From: an uncultured Gammaproteobacteria bacterium
GTDB lineage: Bacteria; Patescibacteriota; Microgenomatia; UBA12405; JAHJSD01
Direction: 5' to 3'
Assembly (NCBI GenBank): GCA_964428655.1
Contig: CAYRYE010000001.1
Coordinates: 73,328-137,327, forward strand
Length of the DNA stretch: 64,000 nucleotides
The translations under genes and the position numbers were made by a program. Shown here piece by piece: positions 27,098 to 36,934 of the stretch; positions within the stretch are counted from its first letter, which is position 1, and every line of letters begins with the position of its first letter. Below the pieces are notes generated by a model, which was given only the letters and a program-made list of their open reading frames with translations, did no database searches and had not been told where the DNA came from.

Positions 27098-27172
27098 TCC
27101 CCGGTAGCTCAATGGTAGAGCGTCCGGCTGTTAACCGGCAGGTTGCTGGTTCGAGTCCAGCCCGGGGAGCCA
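27098..27172 (+). tRNA. tRNA-Asn (anticodon GUU), CCA encoded
   Basis: Acceptor TCCCCGG/CCGGGGA, D-arm GCTC-AATGGTA-GAGC, anticodon loop CTGTTAA, T-arm GCTGG-TTCGAGT-CCAGC, then G-CCA. Confidence 0.85.
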
Positions 27173-28642
27173 ATCCCTACTTACTCTAACTTTTCTCGAG
27201 TTAAGTAGTTTTTGAAAGAGTGGCGTATAGGTAACTTTCGCCACTTTTTTGTTTTTAATATCAAACCTCTCAAAGAATATAGCTAAGTAGTGTCTTTTAG
27301 CTTCAAAGCCAGCATTACAGTAGACTTCGTAAATGTTGTTGGTGAGCTTTAAGACTTCCTCTATAACGTCTACGTCAAAGCCTCTTTGGTTTTCGATAGT
27401 GGCTATCTCATTCTCCAGGTTTTGAATTTGAAAGTTAAGGTCTTGGTGTTTACGTTTGAAGGACTCTTTATCAATAGTTTTATCTAAGAGATTATCCTCC
27501 AAGATATTACGTTTATCCTCAAACTTTTTAATAGCATTGCGTACACCTTGAATTTCACTGTCTCTTGATTGTCGAGACTGTTTAACCAAGCTCTTTGCTT
27601 TGTCTAATACTGCTTGGGTAAACTCTTCTGATAACTCTATCTTCTTAAACTCTTTAGCTACTGCGTCTTCAAGCTCATCTAGAGGTATATAGTGGCTACA
27701 GCCATTTCTAGCACTACCATGATAATAAGCTTTGTTTTTAGCGTGAACACCATCACCATATAGGCGGGCGTCACATTCTTGGCAGTAGGCGAAGCCATTT
27801 AAGAGCCATTTATACTTTCTTCTTCTACAAGCATTATGGTTATGACGAGCCATTATCTTTTGACAGGTTTCAAATATTTCTGGTGTCGTTAAGGGGTCGT
27901 GTTTGCCTTTGTAAAGTTGGTCTTTATACTTCATCCACTTAATGTAGAAGGGGTTTTTAAGCATTTCATAAACTATACTTCGGTACATTTTTTTACCAGT
28001 TTTGCTTCTTAAGCCTTTGTCATTAATATGGTCAACTAACTCATCAACAGAGTAGTTGCCTGTAGAGTAAAGGCGAAATAACTCACTAACGAGGGAACTT
28101 TTTTCTTTATCCATCTTTATGACACGTTGAGGTTTGTCTTCGGAGCCGAGATTGACGTTTTTATAGCCAAGTGGAGCCCAGCCAGGCCAATCACCATTTT
28201 GGAGCTTCTTTTCTAAGCTTTTTTTCACCTTTCTACCCAACAATCGACTATAAAAAGCATTGGTCCCAGCAAGGATTGTTTCAAAAAACATCCCCTCTGG
28301 AGAATCATTTATCATTGGTTGATTAACTGCAATATATTTGGTCCCTGCTTTTTTAAGAGAATCTATGATATTAAAATGGTCTAGCTCGTTTCTAGCAATT
28401 CTATCCGTGTCAATTGTTAGAGCAACATCTATTTTTTCTTCTTGGCAATTAATAATCATATCGTCTAAAGCTTCTCGCCCAACTGTTTTTGTGCCTGATT
28501 TTCCACCGTCTTCAAATATACCCACTACTTGATAGCCATTCTTTTTGGCCCACTCGGCACATCTTTCCTTCTGAACGTCAAGAGAAAATCCGCCCACTTG
28601 TCCTGGGTCTGATACTCTAGAATAAATAACTGCTTTCTTCAT
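27131..28642 (-). CDS. large serine recombinase (phage-type integrase)
   Basis: N-terminal resolvase catalytic domain (AVIYSRVSDPGQ...DRIARN), central recombinase domain, and a Cys-rich zinc-ribbon region. The last 14 codons (LPGLDSNQQPAG) are encoded by the antisense of tRNA-Asn. Confidence 0.85.
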   Translation of the reverse strand: MKKAVIYSRVSDPGQVGGFSLDVQKERCAEWAKKNGYQVVGIFEDGGKSGTKTVGREALDDMIINCQEEKIDVALTIDTDRIARNELDHFNIIDSLKKAGTKYIAVNQPMINDSPEGMFFETILAGTNAFYSRLLGRKVKKSLEKKLQNGDWPGWAPLGYKNVNLGSEDKPQRVIKMDKEKSSLVSELFRLYSTGNYSVDELVDHINDKGLRSKTGKKMYRSIVYEMLKNPFYIKWMKYKDQLYKGKHDPLTTPEIFETCQKIMARHNHNACRRRKYKWLLNGFAYCQECDARLYGDGVHAKNKAYYHGSARNGCSHYIPLDELEDAVAKEFKKIELSEEFTQAVLDKAKSLVKQSRQSRDSEIQGVRNAIKKFEDKRNILEDNLLDKTIDKESFKRKHQDLNFQIQNLENEIATIENQRGFDVDVIEEVLKLTNNIYEVYCNAGFEAKRHYLAIFFERFDIKNKKVAKVTYTPLFQKLLNSRKVRVSRDWLPGLDSNQQPAG

Positions 28643-28896
28643 ACTTTATGACTCCTTTCTTCAAATTCACGAACACCGTTTATGATGCTATTACACATTT
28701 TGCTTTCTGGGGTTGAGTCCTCTATGGTTTGGGAGTTTGCCTTAACAATCCTTCCCCTTGATTCAATAATCTGCTTAACATGTTTCCAGGCAGGATAGAC
28801 GCCATGAACAAAACGAAAGCCAACTTCAGACAGTCTAACCTCAGCTAGTTTTTGAGCCATTAATTCTAACCAGTTGTTTGATGTTTGTTTAGTCAT
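28639..28896 (-). CDS. hypothetical protein (85 aa), translationally coupled to the integrase
   Basis: Its start overlaps the upstream gene's stop and its stop overlaps the integrase start. Confidence 0.45.
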   Translation of the reverse strand: MTKQTSNNWLELMAQKLAEVRLSEVGFRFVHGVYPAWKHVKQIIESRGRIVKANSQTIEDSTPESKMCNSIINGVREFEERSHKV

Positions 28897-29720
28897 AGGT
28901 GTGCAAGTAGTCCTTCAATTTGTTTAATATCTTTTTGCTCTTTTTTCACCTGGTGTGTGTATTTATCTATATTAATGTTGGCTTTAATAGCCGTCTCAAT
29001 CTTGTTTACTAACACGTCTGGGGGGAGAGCATCTAATTCGGTGGCAATATCGCCATACTTTTTTACAATTTTTTTTGCTCTTTTATCTGTTGATTTAGTT
29101 GGGTCTGTTGGTAGTTTGTGATTGACAATATCATCGTAAGTTAAAGCAATAACTTCTATATCAGGGTGCAAGTTAAAATGTTTTTCAAACCTATCTTGAA
29201 TATCTCTGGGTATATCTACTCCAGTGGGGTCAAAGTCTCCGAGGTATAAAATCTTGGTATTATCGTCAATTCGACTTGAAGCTTCGTAGATAGCGGATAA
29301 ACTTGGATAACCTCTGCTGATTTGTAAGTAAACATCATATCTTGCAGTTATCGGTTCCAATACGCTGGCTAAAGCATCTTTTTCGCACCACACTTCTAGA
29401 TGGAAGCCTTGGTCAATCAAAAGCCTTCTTTTGTAGGCTTTTTTAACTGTTTTGAAAAAGTCTTTGGGATTGGTCCAAGAAGAGGGTTTAATAGGGTTTC
29501 TGGTTCTATCGACTATGCGGTCGTAGGAAATGAGTCCTGACTCTCTTGCCCTAGAAATTAGCCTACCTAAGTTTTTGTATGACCTGTTGGTATTGGGGAG
29601 TAGTTGTTTGACTACAAAGCGATAATATAACTGTCTAAGTGTTAGCGGCATTGAATATTCAGCAATTATCTTATTGGCTTCGCTGATTTTTTGCAGTGAA
29701 CTTGGTATAAAATTATGCAT
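28893..29720 (-). CDS. minimal topoisomerase VI subunit A / Spo11-like protein (Mini-A-like)
   Basis: Winged-helix region with adjacent tyrosines (TLRQLYYRFV, resembling the 5Y-CAP catalytic-Tyr region) plus a Toprim domain with EKDA...GYP...LGDFDPTGVDI (the E...DxDxxG acidic triad). Only 275 aa and no B subunit nearby. Confidence 0.6.
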   Translation of the reverse strand: MHNFIPSSLQKISEANKIIAEYSMPLTLRQLYYRFVVKQLLPNTNRSYKNLGRLISRARESGLISYDRIVDRTRNPIKPSSWTNPKDFFKTVKKAYKRRLLIDQGFHLEVWCEKDALASVLEPITARYDVYLQISRGYPSLSAIYEASSRIDDNTKILYLGDFDPTGVDIPRDIQDRFEKHFNLHPDIEVIALTYDDIVNHKLPTDPTKSTDKRAKKIVKKYGDIATELDALPPDVLVNKIETAIKANINIDKYTHQVKKEQKDIKQIEGLLAHL

Positions 29721-29789
29721 TTTAGATATACTCAGATATTACTAGATGTTACCATTATACACCAGGACGTACACTCAGTCAAGACTGGG

Positions 29790-29818
29790 TTGACTTAGAA
29801 CGCACCAGATACTATAAT
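29790..29818 (+). promoter_or_regulatory. near-consensus sigma-70 promoter (TTGACT-N17-TATAAT) with an overlapping inverted repeat
   Basis: TTGACT at 29790-29795, TATAAT at 29813-29818. The palindrome AGTCAAGACTGGGTTGACT (29777-29795) overlaps the -35 box. The ATG of the downstream gene is 9 nt after the -10 box. Confidence 0.55.
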
Positions 29819-29827
29819 AACTAACTA

Positions 29828-30076
29828 ATGAGTGAAATAGCATATGTTCATACCATAGAAGACGTAGCGAAAATGTTTGGAGTTAATCCAGAAACAGTTA
29901 GGCGCTGGTGTCGTAGTGGGAAGCTTAAGTTTTTCAAGCTTCCAGGGAAAAAAGGTGAATATCGTATTTCTATGGAAGACATAAAAGATTTTATAGCAAG
30001 ACAGAACACTGAAGGTTTTAGTGATGATGGGGTGGCCCAGGGTTTAGGAACTCACATTTCAAAGAAGGATAGCTAA
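29828..30076 (+). CDS. helix-turn-helix DNA-binding protein, excisionase/AlpA-like
   Basis: VEDVAKMFGVNPETVRRWCRSGKLKFFKL is an MerR/Xis-type HTH. Divergent from the integrase module. Confidence 0.65.
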   Translation: MSEIAYVHTIEDVAKMFGVNPETVRRWCRSGKLKFFKLPGKKGEYRISMEDIKDFIARQNTEGFSDDGVAQGLGTHISKKDS

Positions 30077-30839
30077 CTATCAACTATTTACTCTTATTCT
30101 CTTATAACCCCACTTATGATTTTACTTGTTTGCTAAATATGGCTTTCATATAAGTGGAGTTGTATATTTAAGCGGCTCCTGACTTGAAGAAAATCCTTAA
30201 CTCTTCTTTTTAGCCTTGTTTTCATTGAATAGACTCTTTTTTGCATAGAGTCGTTGCTAACTTTTGAGTGGCATATATTGCCGTATCTTTGGATTCTTTT
30301 TATGTATTATTCCTATTGATACCATCCTGAATGATTCATCAGGAAATTAAGCCCCTCCCACAAAAAGTAGGTTCTTTTAATCTTTAGTCGGAATAGAGGT
30401 GATGTGCGGGTAAAAAAATACCATCCCGAACGACAACTCTTCCTCGCCGAGTTGCAGGCGACAGGTTTCTTACTACTACTCAAACTTGCCCAGGCCCGAT
30501 TACCAAGTGCTTTGCTCTAGCGTTGTAGTAGCCCCCAATACGGTGCTGTTTCTCTTGCGGCTTCTTATAAATGAGCAAAGAAGCCACAAAGATGAGCCAT
30601 GACTGGCTGACCCTCTGGGTTTGCACATCCAGGAAGTCTCGTTTGAGCTTCCTTACACCAATTTAGGTGTCAAAATGCCTCTATTCTATTTTTAACGTCC
30701 AACATATCGCTTTTAGGACGAGGTCTAAAGACCACAATTAGATATGTGGCAAGTAGCTTTACCTAAGCTAGTCTTGCTTTGTGACTAAAACTTGGTCTTT
30801 TACGACCTCTCGACTTAAAGTCGGACTTTGACTAATGAA

Positions 30840-31472
30840 TTAGTTATTTGCTAAGCAATTTTGATATTTCTCAACAAACAACTGGTTATACTTTTCCTCT
30901 TCCTTTGAACTAAACTTTTTATCTTTTATTAGTGATAGCTTGTGTCGATGAAATTTTGAATTTTTACCCAAGCCTGGACTTACGCCTCCATAACCACATT
31001 TTTTAGCTGGTATGACCCAAACCTCAGTTGGAATTAAAGGGCTGATGTTGTCTATATAAAACAAACAAACATAATAAGCGACTTTGTGTCTTAAATCTTT
31101 GTTTTTTATCCTAAAAACAGGCTTTTTGAAGTGGGATGTTTTGACATTAACTTTGTCTCCACGCCAGATTAAATCAACGGCATGCTTATCATCAATAAGC
31201 TCAATATCTACAACATTTTCTCTAAAGTATGGGTGTCCGAGAATATAAAGCTCTCCAAGTCTACCCTTACCAGAATTGTTGTTATAAAGATGAAGTTTGG
31301 GGATTCTAGGAAGCCCGTATTTGCGCATCCAGTAAATGATTGTTCCATTGAATACGCCGAAGTAGTTGCCAACTCTTCTAGTTGAGCCTAACTCGTCGTA
31401 TTTAGTTTTAAGAACATCTTTGTTTTTGTATTCCATTGAATCTCCTGGACATGACAGAATTAAACCTGACAC
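30840..31472 (-). CDS. hypothetical protein with N-terminal HTH-like segment (possible nuclease)
   Basis: 210-aa ORF. The likely real start is at MEYKNKD (around 31436). No confident family assignment. Confidence 0.45.
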   Translation of the reverse strand: MSGLILSCPGDSMEYKNKDVLKTKYDELGSTRRVGNYFGVFNGTIIYWMRKYGLPRIPKLHLYNNNSGKGRLGELYILGHPYFRENVVDIELIDDKHAVDLIWRGDKVNVKTSHFKKPVFRIKNKDLRHKVAYYVCLFYIDNISPLIPTEVWVIPAKKCGYGGVSPGLGKNSKFHRHKLSLIKDKKFSSKEEEKYNQLFVEKYQNCLANN

Positions 31473-31692
31473 TCAGGAGATTCTTTTCTCCATTACCTAA
31501 AAACTAGACGGAAATATGGAGGGGCACAAAAAAAGGAGCCCTTTTACCCATATTCTTGGGTCTATGACTCCTACAAAGAGGTACTTAAACTAAAACTTTT
31601 ACTATATCTAGTATATCGACTCCCTTCCTTTTGTCAATAAGGAGCTGTATAATTAAGTATAGTTCCTCATTTATGAGTAAAGTAGAGGTAGT

Positions 31693-31875
31693 ATGAAAAA
31701 ACTGTTGACCATACGCCAAGCGGCGGAGTTATTAAGCGTAAACATTGAAACCCTTAGACGGTGGGATAGAAAAGGTAAATTAAAGGCTGTTAGGGTTGGC
31801 AGTCGTCACGGTGTTGGTGACCGTCGTTATAAACAAGAAGACATTGAAAAATATATAAAGAAAAACAGTAAATAA
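31693..31875 (+). CDS. helix-turn-helix excisionase-family DNA-binding protein
   Basis: LTIRQAAELLSVNIETLRRWDRKGKLKAVRVG is a classic MerR-like/Xis HTH. Confidence 0.6.
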   Translation: MKKLLTIRQAAELLSVNIETLRRWDRKGKLKAVRVGSRHGVGDRRYKQEDIEKYIKKNSK

Positions 31876-31898
31876 GTTAAAAGAAAATTAAGAGAATT

Positions 31899-33437
31899 AT
31901 GACAAAAAAATCTACAGCTAATCTTGGTTTTGAAAAGAAATTGTGGGCCGCCGCAGATAAACTTCGTGGCAATATGGACTCGAGCGAGTATAAACATGTT
32001 GTTTTGGGTCTGATTTTTCTTAAATACATATCCGATTCTTTTGAAGATACTTACCAATCAATTAAATCTGATAAAGACGCTTTTGATGGCGAGTGGGAAG
32101 ATAAAGACGCTTACAAGGCTAGAAACGTCTTCTGGGTGCCAGAAAAGGCACGTTGGGATTATCTCAAGCAAAACGCCAAGAAACCTGAAATAGGAAAAAT
32201 CGTAGACGATGCCATGATAGCCATTGAGAAGGATAACCCTACTCTCAAAGGTGTATTACCTAAAAGATTTGCCCGTCCAGACTTAAATAAACAGCGTTTG
32301 GGCGAGATTGTTGATATTTTTAGCTCTCTTGGTCTAGGAGACAAAGAATCCAAGGCTCAAGATATTCTAGGTAGGGTTTATGAATACTTTATTGGTAGAT
32401 TTGCCAGTGCTGAGGGCAAAGGTGGCGGTGAGTTTTACACTCCAGCTTCGGTGGTCAAACTTTTAGTGCAGATGATAGAGCCCTACAAGGGCAGAGTTTA
32501 TGACCCCTGCTGTGGTAGTGGGGGTATGTTTGTGCAAAGCGAAAAGTTTGTCGAAGAACATGGGGGCAAGACTAACGATATTGCAGTCTATGGACAGGAA
32601 AGTAACCCCACAACTTGGCGTCTCTGTAAGATGAATCTAGCCATACGAGGTATTGAGGGGAACCTTGGTTCATCTGATGCTGATAGCTTCCACAATGACC
32701 AACATAAAGACTTAAAAGCTGACTTTATTCTAGCCAATCCTCCTTTTAACGACAGCGATTGGGGTGGAGAAAGATTAAGAGATGATGTGCGCTGGAAATA
32801 TGGCACGCCTCCAACTGGTAGTGCTAACTATGCTTGGATTCAGCATTTTATCCATCATTTATCCCCTTCGGGTATTGCTGGCTTTGTAATGGCCAATGGG
32901 GCTTTGTCTTCAAACACTTCTAATGAAGGAAAGATAAGAGAAAGCTTGATAAAAGCTGGTTTAGTGGATTGCATTGTGGCTTTACCAGATAAGCTTTTTT
33001 ATACCACGGGTATCCCAGCCTCTTTATGGTTTGTATCTAGAGATAGACATAATCATAAATTCCGTGACCGCCACAATGAAATTCTTTTTATCGATGCCCG
33101 CAAGCTAGGTAAAATGATAGACCGTAGGCATAGAGAATTGACAGAAGCTCAACTCAAACAAATTTATGACACATATCACAACTGGAGAAATAAAAACGGC
33201 AAATATGAGGACGTCAAAGGATTCAATAAAGCCGCCAAGATTGAAGAAGTAGAAAAGAATGGCTTTGTATTGACTCCTGGTCGCTATGTGGGTACAGATT
33301 TTGAAATGGAGGATGACGAATTTTTCGAAGAGAAAATGAAAAGACTCACCAATGAGTTAAGTCAACAGTTCAAAGAGTCAAAGGAATTAGAAAAGAAAAT
33401 TAAAGAAAATTTAACAAAAGTTGGATTTAAGCTATGA
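31899..33437 (+). CDS. hsdM: type I restriction-modification system methyltransferase subunit HsdM
   Basis: N6-adenine MTase motif I ([12 protein letters not shown]) and motif IV (ILANPPFN). HsdM N-terminal domain is present. Confidence 0.9.
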   Translation: MTKKSTANLGFEKKLWAAADKLRGNMDSSEYKHVVLGLIFLKYISDSFEDTYQSIKSDKDAFDGEWEDKDAYKARNVFWVPEKARWDYLKQNAKKPEIGKIVDDAMIAIEKDNPTLKGVLPKRFARPDLNKQRLGEIVDIFSSLGLGDKESKAQDILGRVYEYFIGRFASAEGKGGGEFYTPASVVKLLVQMIEPYKGRVYDPCCGSGGMFVQSEKFVEEHGGKTNDIAVYGQESNPTTWRLCKMNLAIRGIEGNLGSSDADSFHNDQHKDLKADFILANPPFNDSDWGGERLRDDVRWKYGTPPTGSANYAWIQHFIHHLSPSGIAGFVMANGALSSNTSNEGKIRESLIKAGLVDCIVALPDKLFYTTGIPASLWFVSRDRHNHKFRDRHNEILFIDARKLGKMIDRRHRELTEAQLKQIYDTYHNWRNKNGKYEDVKGFNKAAKIEEVEKNGFVLTPGRYVGTDFEMEDDEFFEEKMKRLTNELSQQFKESKELEKKIKENLTKVGFKL

Positions 33438-34003
33438 AACAAAAATTAATACTTTTCCATAAGAGAATTGAAAGATTAAAGCTGAATAAGGACTTCTTTG
33501 TTAGTAGTCGTGTGAATATTAACTATGAGAAAGACAGAGGAACGTACACTTCTTTTAAGGGCCCTGATACTAAGACGGTGAAGGCATTTCTTTTAGATTT
33601 TAGGCCATTTGTATTAAATGATGAGCCGATAAATTTTGACCATATCAGTAACTTGGTTTACAAAACAAGTCCTGACAATAAAGTCAAAGAAAATACTGCC
33701 AAAGCAAAAGATGGTTGGAATAAACTACTGGAGCGTAAGAAATCATCCCCCGTTGGTGGATTAAGGCTTCAGATTGATGGGAAACAACTTTTATCTCAGG
33801 AGAACTTGGATATGTGGTTAAATGCCGACTATTTTCATCTAGATGAAAATAAACGAGATTTAATGACAAGGATTAGCAGTAACCCAATGGGTCAAATTTC
33901 TTATTTTGTTTTTGTTGATTTATTGCAACGTCTGAGTCAAATGTTGTTTTGGTTTGATAACAAAGTAATAAATCCAATTTTAGGTAAACACAAATCTAAA
34001 TAA
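33434..34003 (+). CDS. hypothetical protein nested between hsdM and hsdS
   Basis: Its start overlaps the hsdM stop (ATGA). 189 aa, no recognisable domain. Confidence 0.5.
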   Translation: MKQKLILFHKRIERLKLNKDFFVSSRVNINYEKDRGTYTSFKGPDTKTVKAFLLDFRPFVLNDEPINFDHISNLVYKTSPDNKVKENTAKAKDGWNKLLERKKSSPVGGLRLQIDGKQLLSQENLDMWLNADYFHLDENKRDLMTRISSNPMGQISYFVFVDLLQRLSQMLFWFDNKVINPILGKHKSK

Positions 34004-34007
34004 AACT

Positions 34008-34514
34008 ATGGACAATTTTTTTATAAAAATTTATACAGAGCAGATAAAAGACCAGCTTAGTGAGGCTGAACTTTGTTTTGAGAAAATTAAAAACAACTTA
34101 AAAAATAGCCCTGTTGTGTTTGGTGCAATCCATCACTTTTTGGTGCACGTCTCTAATGTAGCTAAATTGATACAACCGAAAACTAAGGAAGATAATGATT
34201 TTCGAAAATACAGAGCCATCTCACTTAAGAGAGCATACCCCAATTTGCCAACCCTTAATCCAAATGAAATCCATGTTCGAAATGATTATGAACATTACGA
34301 TGAAAGAATTGACCATTGGGTTATTAACTCTAAAAAACACAATTATGCAGATAAAAACATTGGTCCAATCACGGCAATTAAAGGTTTAGAACCAAAAGAT
34401 AATTTTAGGTGGTTTGACGATACAAAAATGACACTTTATTTCTGTGGCAGAGAATATCATCTGGACGATTTGTTTTCATACATTCAAAAAGTTAAAAAAG
34501 CAATAAATGAATAA
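34008..34514 (+). CDS. hypothetical protein, possible HEPN-like (Rx4H motif) accessory protein
   Basis: 168 aa. Contains RNDYEH (an Rx4-6H motif) in a predicted helical context. Its stop overlaps the hsdS start. Confidence 0.4.
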   Translation: MDNFFIKIYTEQIKDQLSEAELCFEKIKNNLKNSPVVFGAIHHFLVHVSNVAKLIQPKTKEDNDFRKYRAISLKRAYPNLPTLNPNEIHVRNDYEHYDERIDHWVINSKKHNYADKNIGPITAIKGLEPKDNFRWFDDTKMTLYFCGREYHLDDLFSYIQKVKKAINE

Positions 34515-35790
34515 TAAACAAGTTAATTACAAGCAGACAGAAATTGGTGAGGTTCCTAAAGACTGGCAAGTGGAACCAGTTTCCAGAGCTTCAGAAATAA
34601 TAAGTGGCGGTACTCCCAAAACATCTAAAGCTGAATACTGGGGCGGAAAAATACCCTGGTTGTCAGTTGCAGATTTCAATAATGAGCAAAGATATGTTTA
34701 TGATTCAGAAAAAACTATAACGGAAAAGGGATTAAACGGTAGTAGCACAAATATCCTTAAAAAGGAAATGTTGATTATCTCGGCGAGAGGTACAGTAGGT
34801 GTGTTGGCTCAAGTTGGCAGAGACATGGCCTTTAACCAATCCTGTTACGGCTTGAATTCAAAACAAGGTTATATTAACGATTTTCTTTACTACTCTCTTA
34901 AAAGTCGCATGGGCGCTATAAGACAAAAAACTCATGGTTCCGTTTTTTCAACTATCACGAAAAGAACTTTTGATGATATTTTTTTACCCAAACCAAAAGT
35001 TGAAGAACAACAACAAATAGCCTCAGTTCTTTCTTCTCTCGATGACAAAATTGAGCTGAATCGCAAAATGAACCAGACCCTTGAAGAAATGGGTAAAGCT
35101 CTTTTTAAGAATTGGTTTGTAGACTTTGAATTCCCTAATAATGAGGGAAAACCATATAAATCAAGCGGTGGCAAAATGGTGGAGAGTGAGCTCGGAGAGA
35201 TACCAAAAGGATGGGATGTTGCACAATTAAAAGAATTTGGAGAAATAGTTTGTGGTAAAACACCTCCAAAAAAGAAAAGTGAGTATTTTGGCGGAAATGT
35301 TCCGTTTATCAAAATACCAGATATGCACAGTCAAATGTTTATAGTTAAGACGGAAGACTCTCTAACTAAGGAAGGTATGGATTTTCAAAAACAGAAAAAT
35401 TTGCTAAAAGATTCTATCTGTGTAAGTTGTATTGCCACAGTAGGGTTAGTTTGCATCACAAGCCAGGTGTCTCAAACCAATCAACAAATTAATTCAATTG
35501 TTCCAAGTGAGAGATTTTATAGGGAATATTTGTATTTCACACTGAGTTCAATGGACAGGACTTTAAGAGATTATGCAAGCGGAGGCTCGGCAACGCTAAA
35601 TCTAAATACAGGTAGTTTTTCGAAAATATATATCCTAAAACCAAGCAAGGAGACTTTACAACTGTTTAATGAGCACAACTCAAATTTATTTGAAAAAGTT
35701 TTAATGAATGAAAAGGAAAACATAAACCTTGCTCAAGCTCGAGACTCTCTTCTACCAAGATTAATGAGTGGGAGGTTGAGAGTAAATTAA
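34507..35790 (+). CDS. hsdS: type I restriction-modification system specificity subunit HsdS
   Basis: Two target-recognition-domain halves separated by a central conserved region (LDDKIELNRKMNQTLEEMGKALFKNWFVDFEFP) and a C-terminal conserved repeat (LLPRLMSG). Confidence 0.85.
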   Translation: MNNKQVNYKQTEIGEVPKDWQVEPVSRASEIISGGTPKTSKAEYWGGKIPWLSVADFNNEQRYVYDSEKTITEKGLNGSSTNILKKEMLIISARGTVGVLAQVGRDMAFNQSCYGLNSKQGYINDFLYYSLKSRMGAIRQKTHGSVFSTITKRTFDDIFLPKPKVEEQQQIASVLSSLDDKIELNRKMNQTLEEMGKALFKNWFVDFEFPNNEGKPYKSSGGKMVESELGEIPKGWDVAQLKEFGEIVCGKTPPKKKSEYFGGNVPFIKIPDMHSQMFIVKTEDSLTKEGMDFQKQKNLLKDSICVSCIATVGLVCITSQVSQTNQQINSIVPSERFYREYLYFTLSSMDRTLRDYASGGSATLNLNTGSFSKIYILKPSKETLQLFNEHNSNLFEKVLMNEKENINLAQARDSLLPRLMSGRLRVN

Positions 35791-35792
35791 GT

Positions 35793-36932
35793 ATGAAAAA
35801 ATATCAATTAACCAGAGTATCAAGTAACGTAGCCAGAACAGATGACATTGTTATTGAGGAAAGCGGTACTTTTAGAAAAGTGTTTCGTGGAATTGTTATT
35901 AAAGACAATCCAAAAGACCCCAAGGCGACACTGAAAGGCTACATTATTGTTCAAAGAAAGGGGCCTAGGGACGAATGGAAAGACTTGTCTTCAATAAAGT
36001 TGAATGAGTTGAAAAAAGATGAAGGTATAAAATTTGAATTAAAAAGTTTAGCATTACAAAATTTATTTGAGGCATTAAATAACTTATATCGTATTTCAAA
36101 ACAAGAATTGCCCTGGTTAGAGGAGAGCTATGTTGTAGCTAAGGAAGAAGAAATTATCAGGGTTAGTGAAAAGAGGAAAAGTTTTGTAAAAAAATTGCTC
36201 AAACAGGATTATGGAAATGAAGTTTGGGAACAATTGATTGAAACTGAACCCCATCTAGCCACAAGATTAGCTCATTCAAGGATACAAACAGAGCGAGAGT
36301 CTGCTCTCGCTGAATTTGAGGCATCATTGAGCGAAGAAAAGGGTGAAGCGTACTGGCAAACATTCTTTCAAGAAAATGAATGGATTTTTGGGCTGGGTCT
36401 AAAATACCAATATCTACATTTAATTACAGCTCAACCAGATTATGGTGGTGGTAATGTTTTTGGTTCTGGTAGTCAAAGAGGCGACTATCTTATGGACACC
36501 ACGTCTGATAGCAAATTTACAGTTTTGGTAGAAATTAAGAAGCCAGAAACGCCGCTTCTCGGTAGTGATGAGTATAGAAATGGAGCATGGGAATTGGGAG
36601 AAGATTTAGTTGGTGGTGTTTCTCAAATTCAAGTGAATGCTAATAAGTGGGAGGTGGCTGGTTCAAGAACCGATGAAAACAGAGAAGCGTTAGAAGACGT
36701 GACGACATGTAGTCCAAAGGGTCTTTTAATAATTGGGCATTGTGACCAGCTTGATAGTGCCTCAAAAAAGAAAACCTTTGAATTGTATAGGCAAAATTTA
36801 GTTAATCCAGAAGTAATTACCTTTGACGAACTGCATGAAAGGGCAAAATTTATAGTTAACAACTCATCAGATGAAACTTCACCTGAGCCTGTAGAAGTTG
36901 ATATTTCAGAGGATGAAAAAATACCTTTTTAA
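35793..36932 (+). CDS. Shedu-like DUF4263 family PD-(D/E)xK nuclease (SduA-like) nested in the type I R-M operon
   Basis: C-terminal region [16 protein letters not shown]...RGDYLMDTT...[15 protein letters not shown]...VSQIQVN...LLIIGH matches the DUF4263 pattern (WQxFF..N.WIFG, D...vEiK, Q). Confidence 0.55.
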   Translation: MKKYQLTRVSSNVARTDDIVIEESGTFRKVFRGIVIKDNPKDPKATLKGYIIVQRKGPRDEWKDLSSIKLNELKKDEGIKFELKSLALQNLFEALNNLYRISKQELPWLEESYVVAKEEEIIRVSEKRKSFVKKLLKQDYGNEVWEQLIETEPHLATRLAHSRIQTERESALAEFEASLSEEKGEAYWQTFFQENEWIFGLGLKYQYLHLITAQPDYGGGNVFGSGSQRGDYLMDTTSDSKFTVLVEIKKPETPLLGSDEYRNGAWELGEDLVGGVSQIQVNANKWEVAGSRTDENREALEDVTTCSPKGLLIIGHCDQLDSASKKKTFELYRQNLVNPEVITFDELHERAKFIVNNSSDETSPEPVEVDISEDEKIPF

Positions 36933-36934
36933 GT

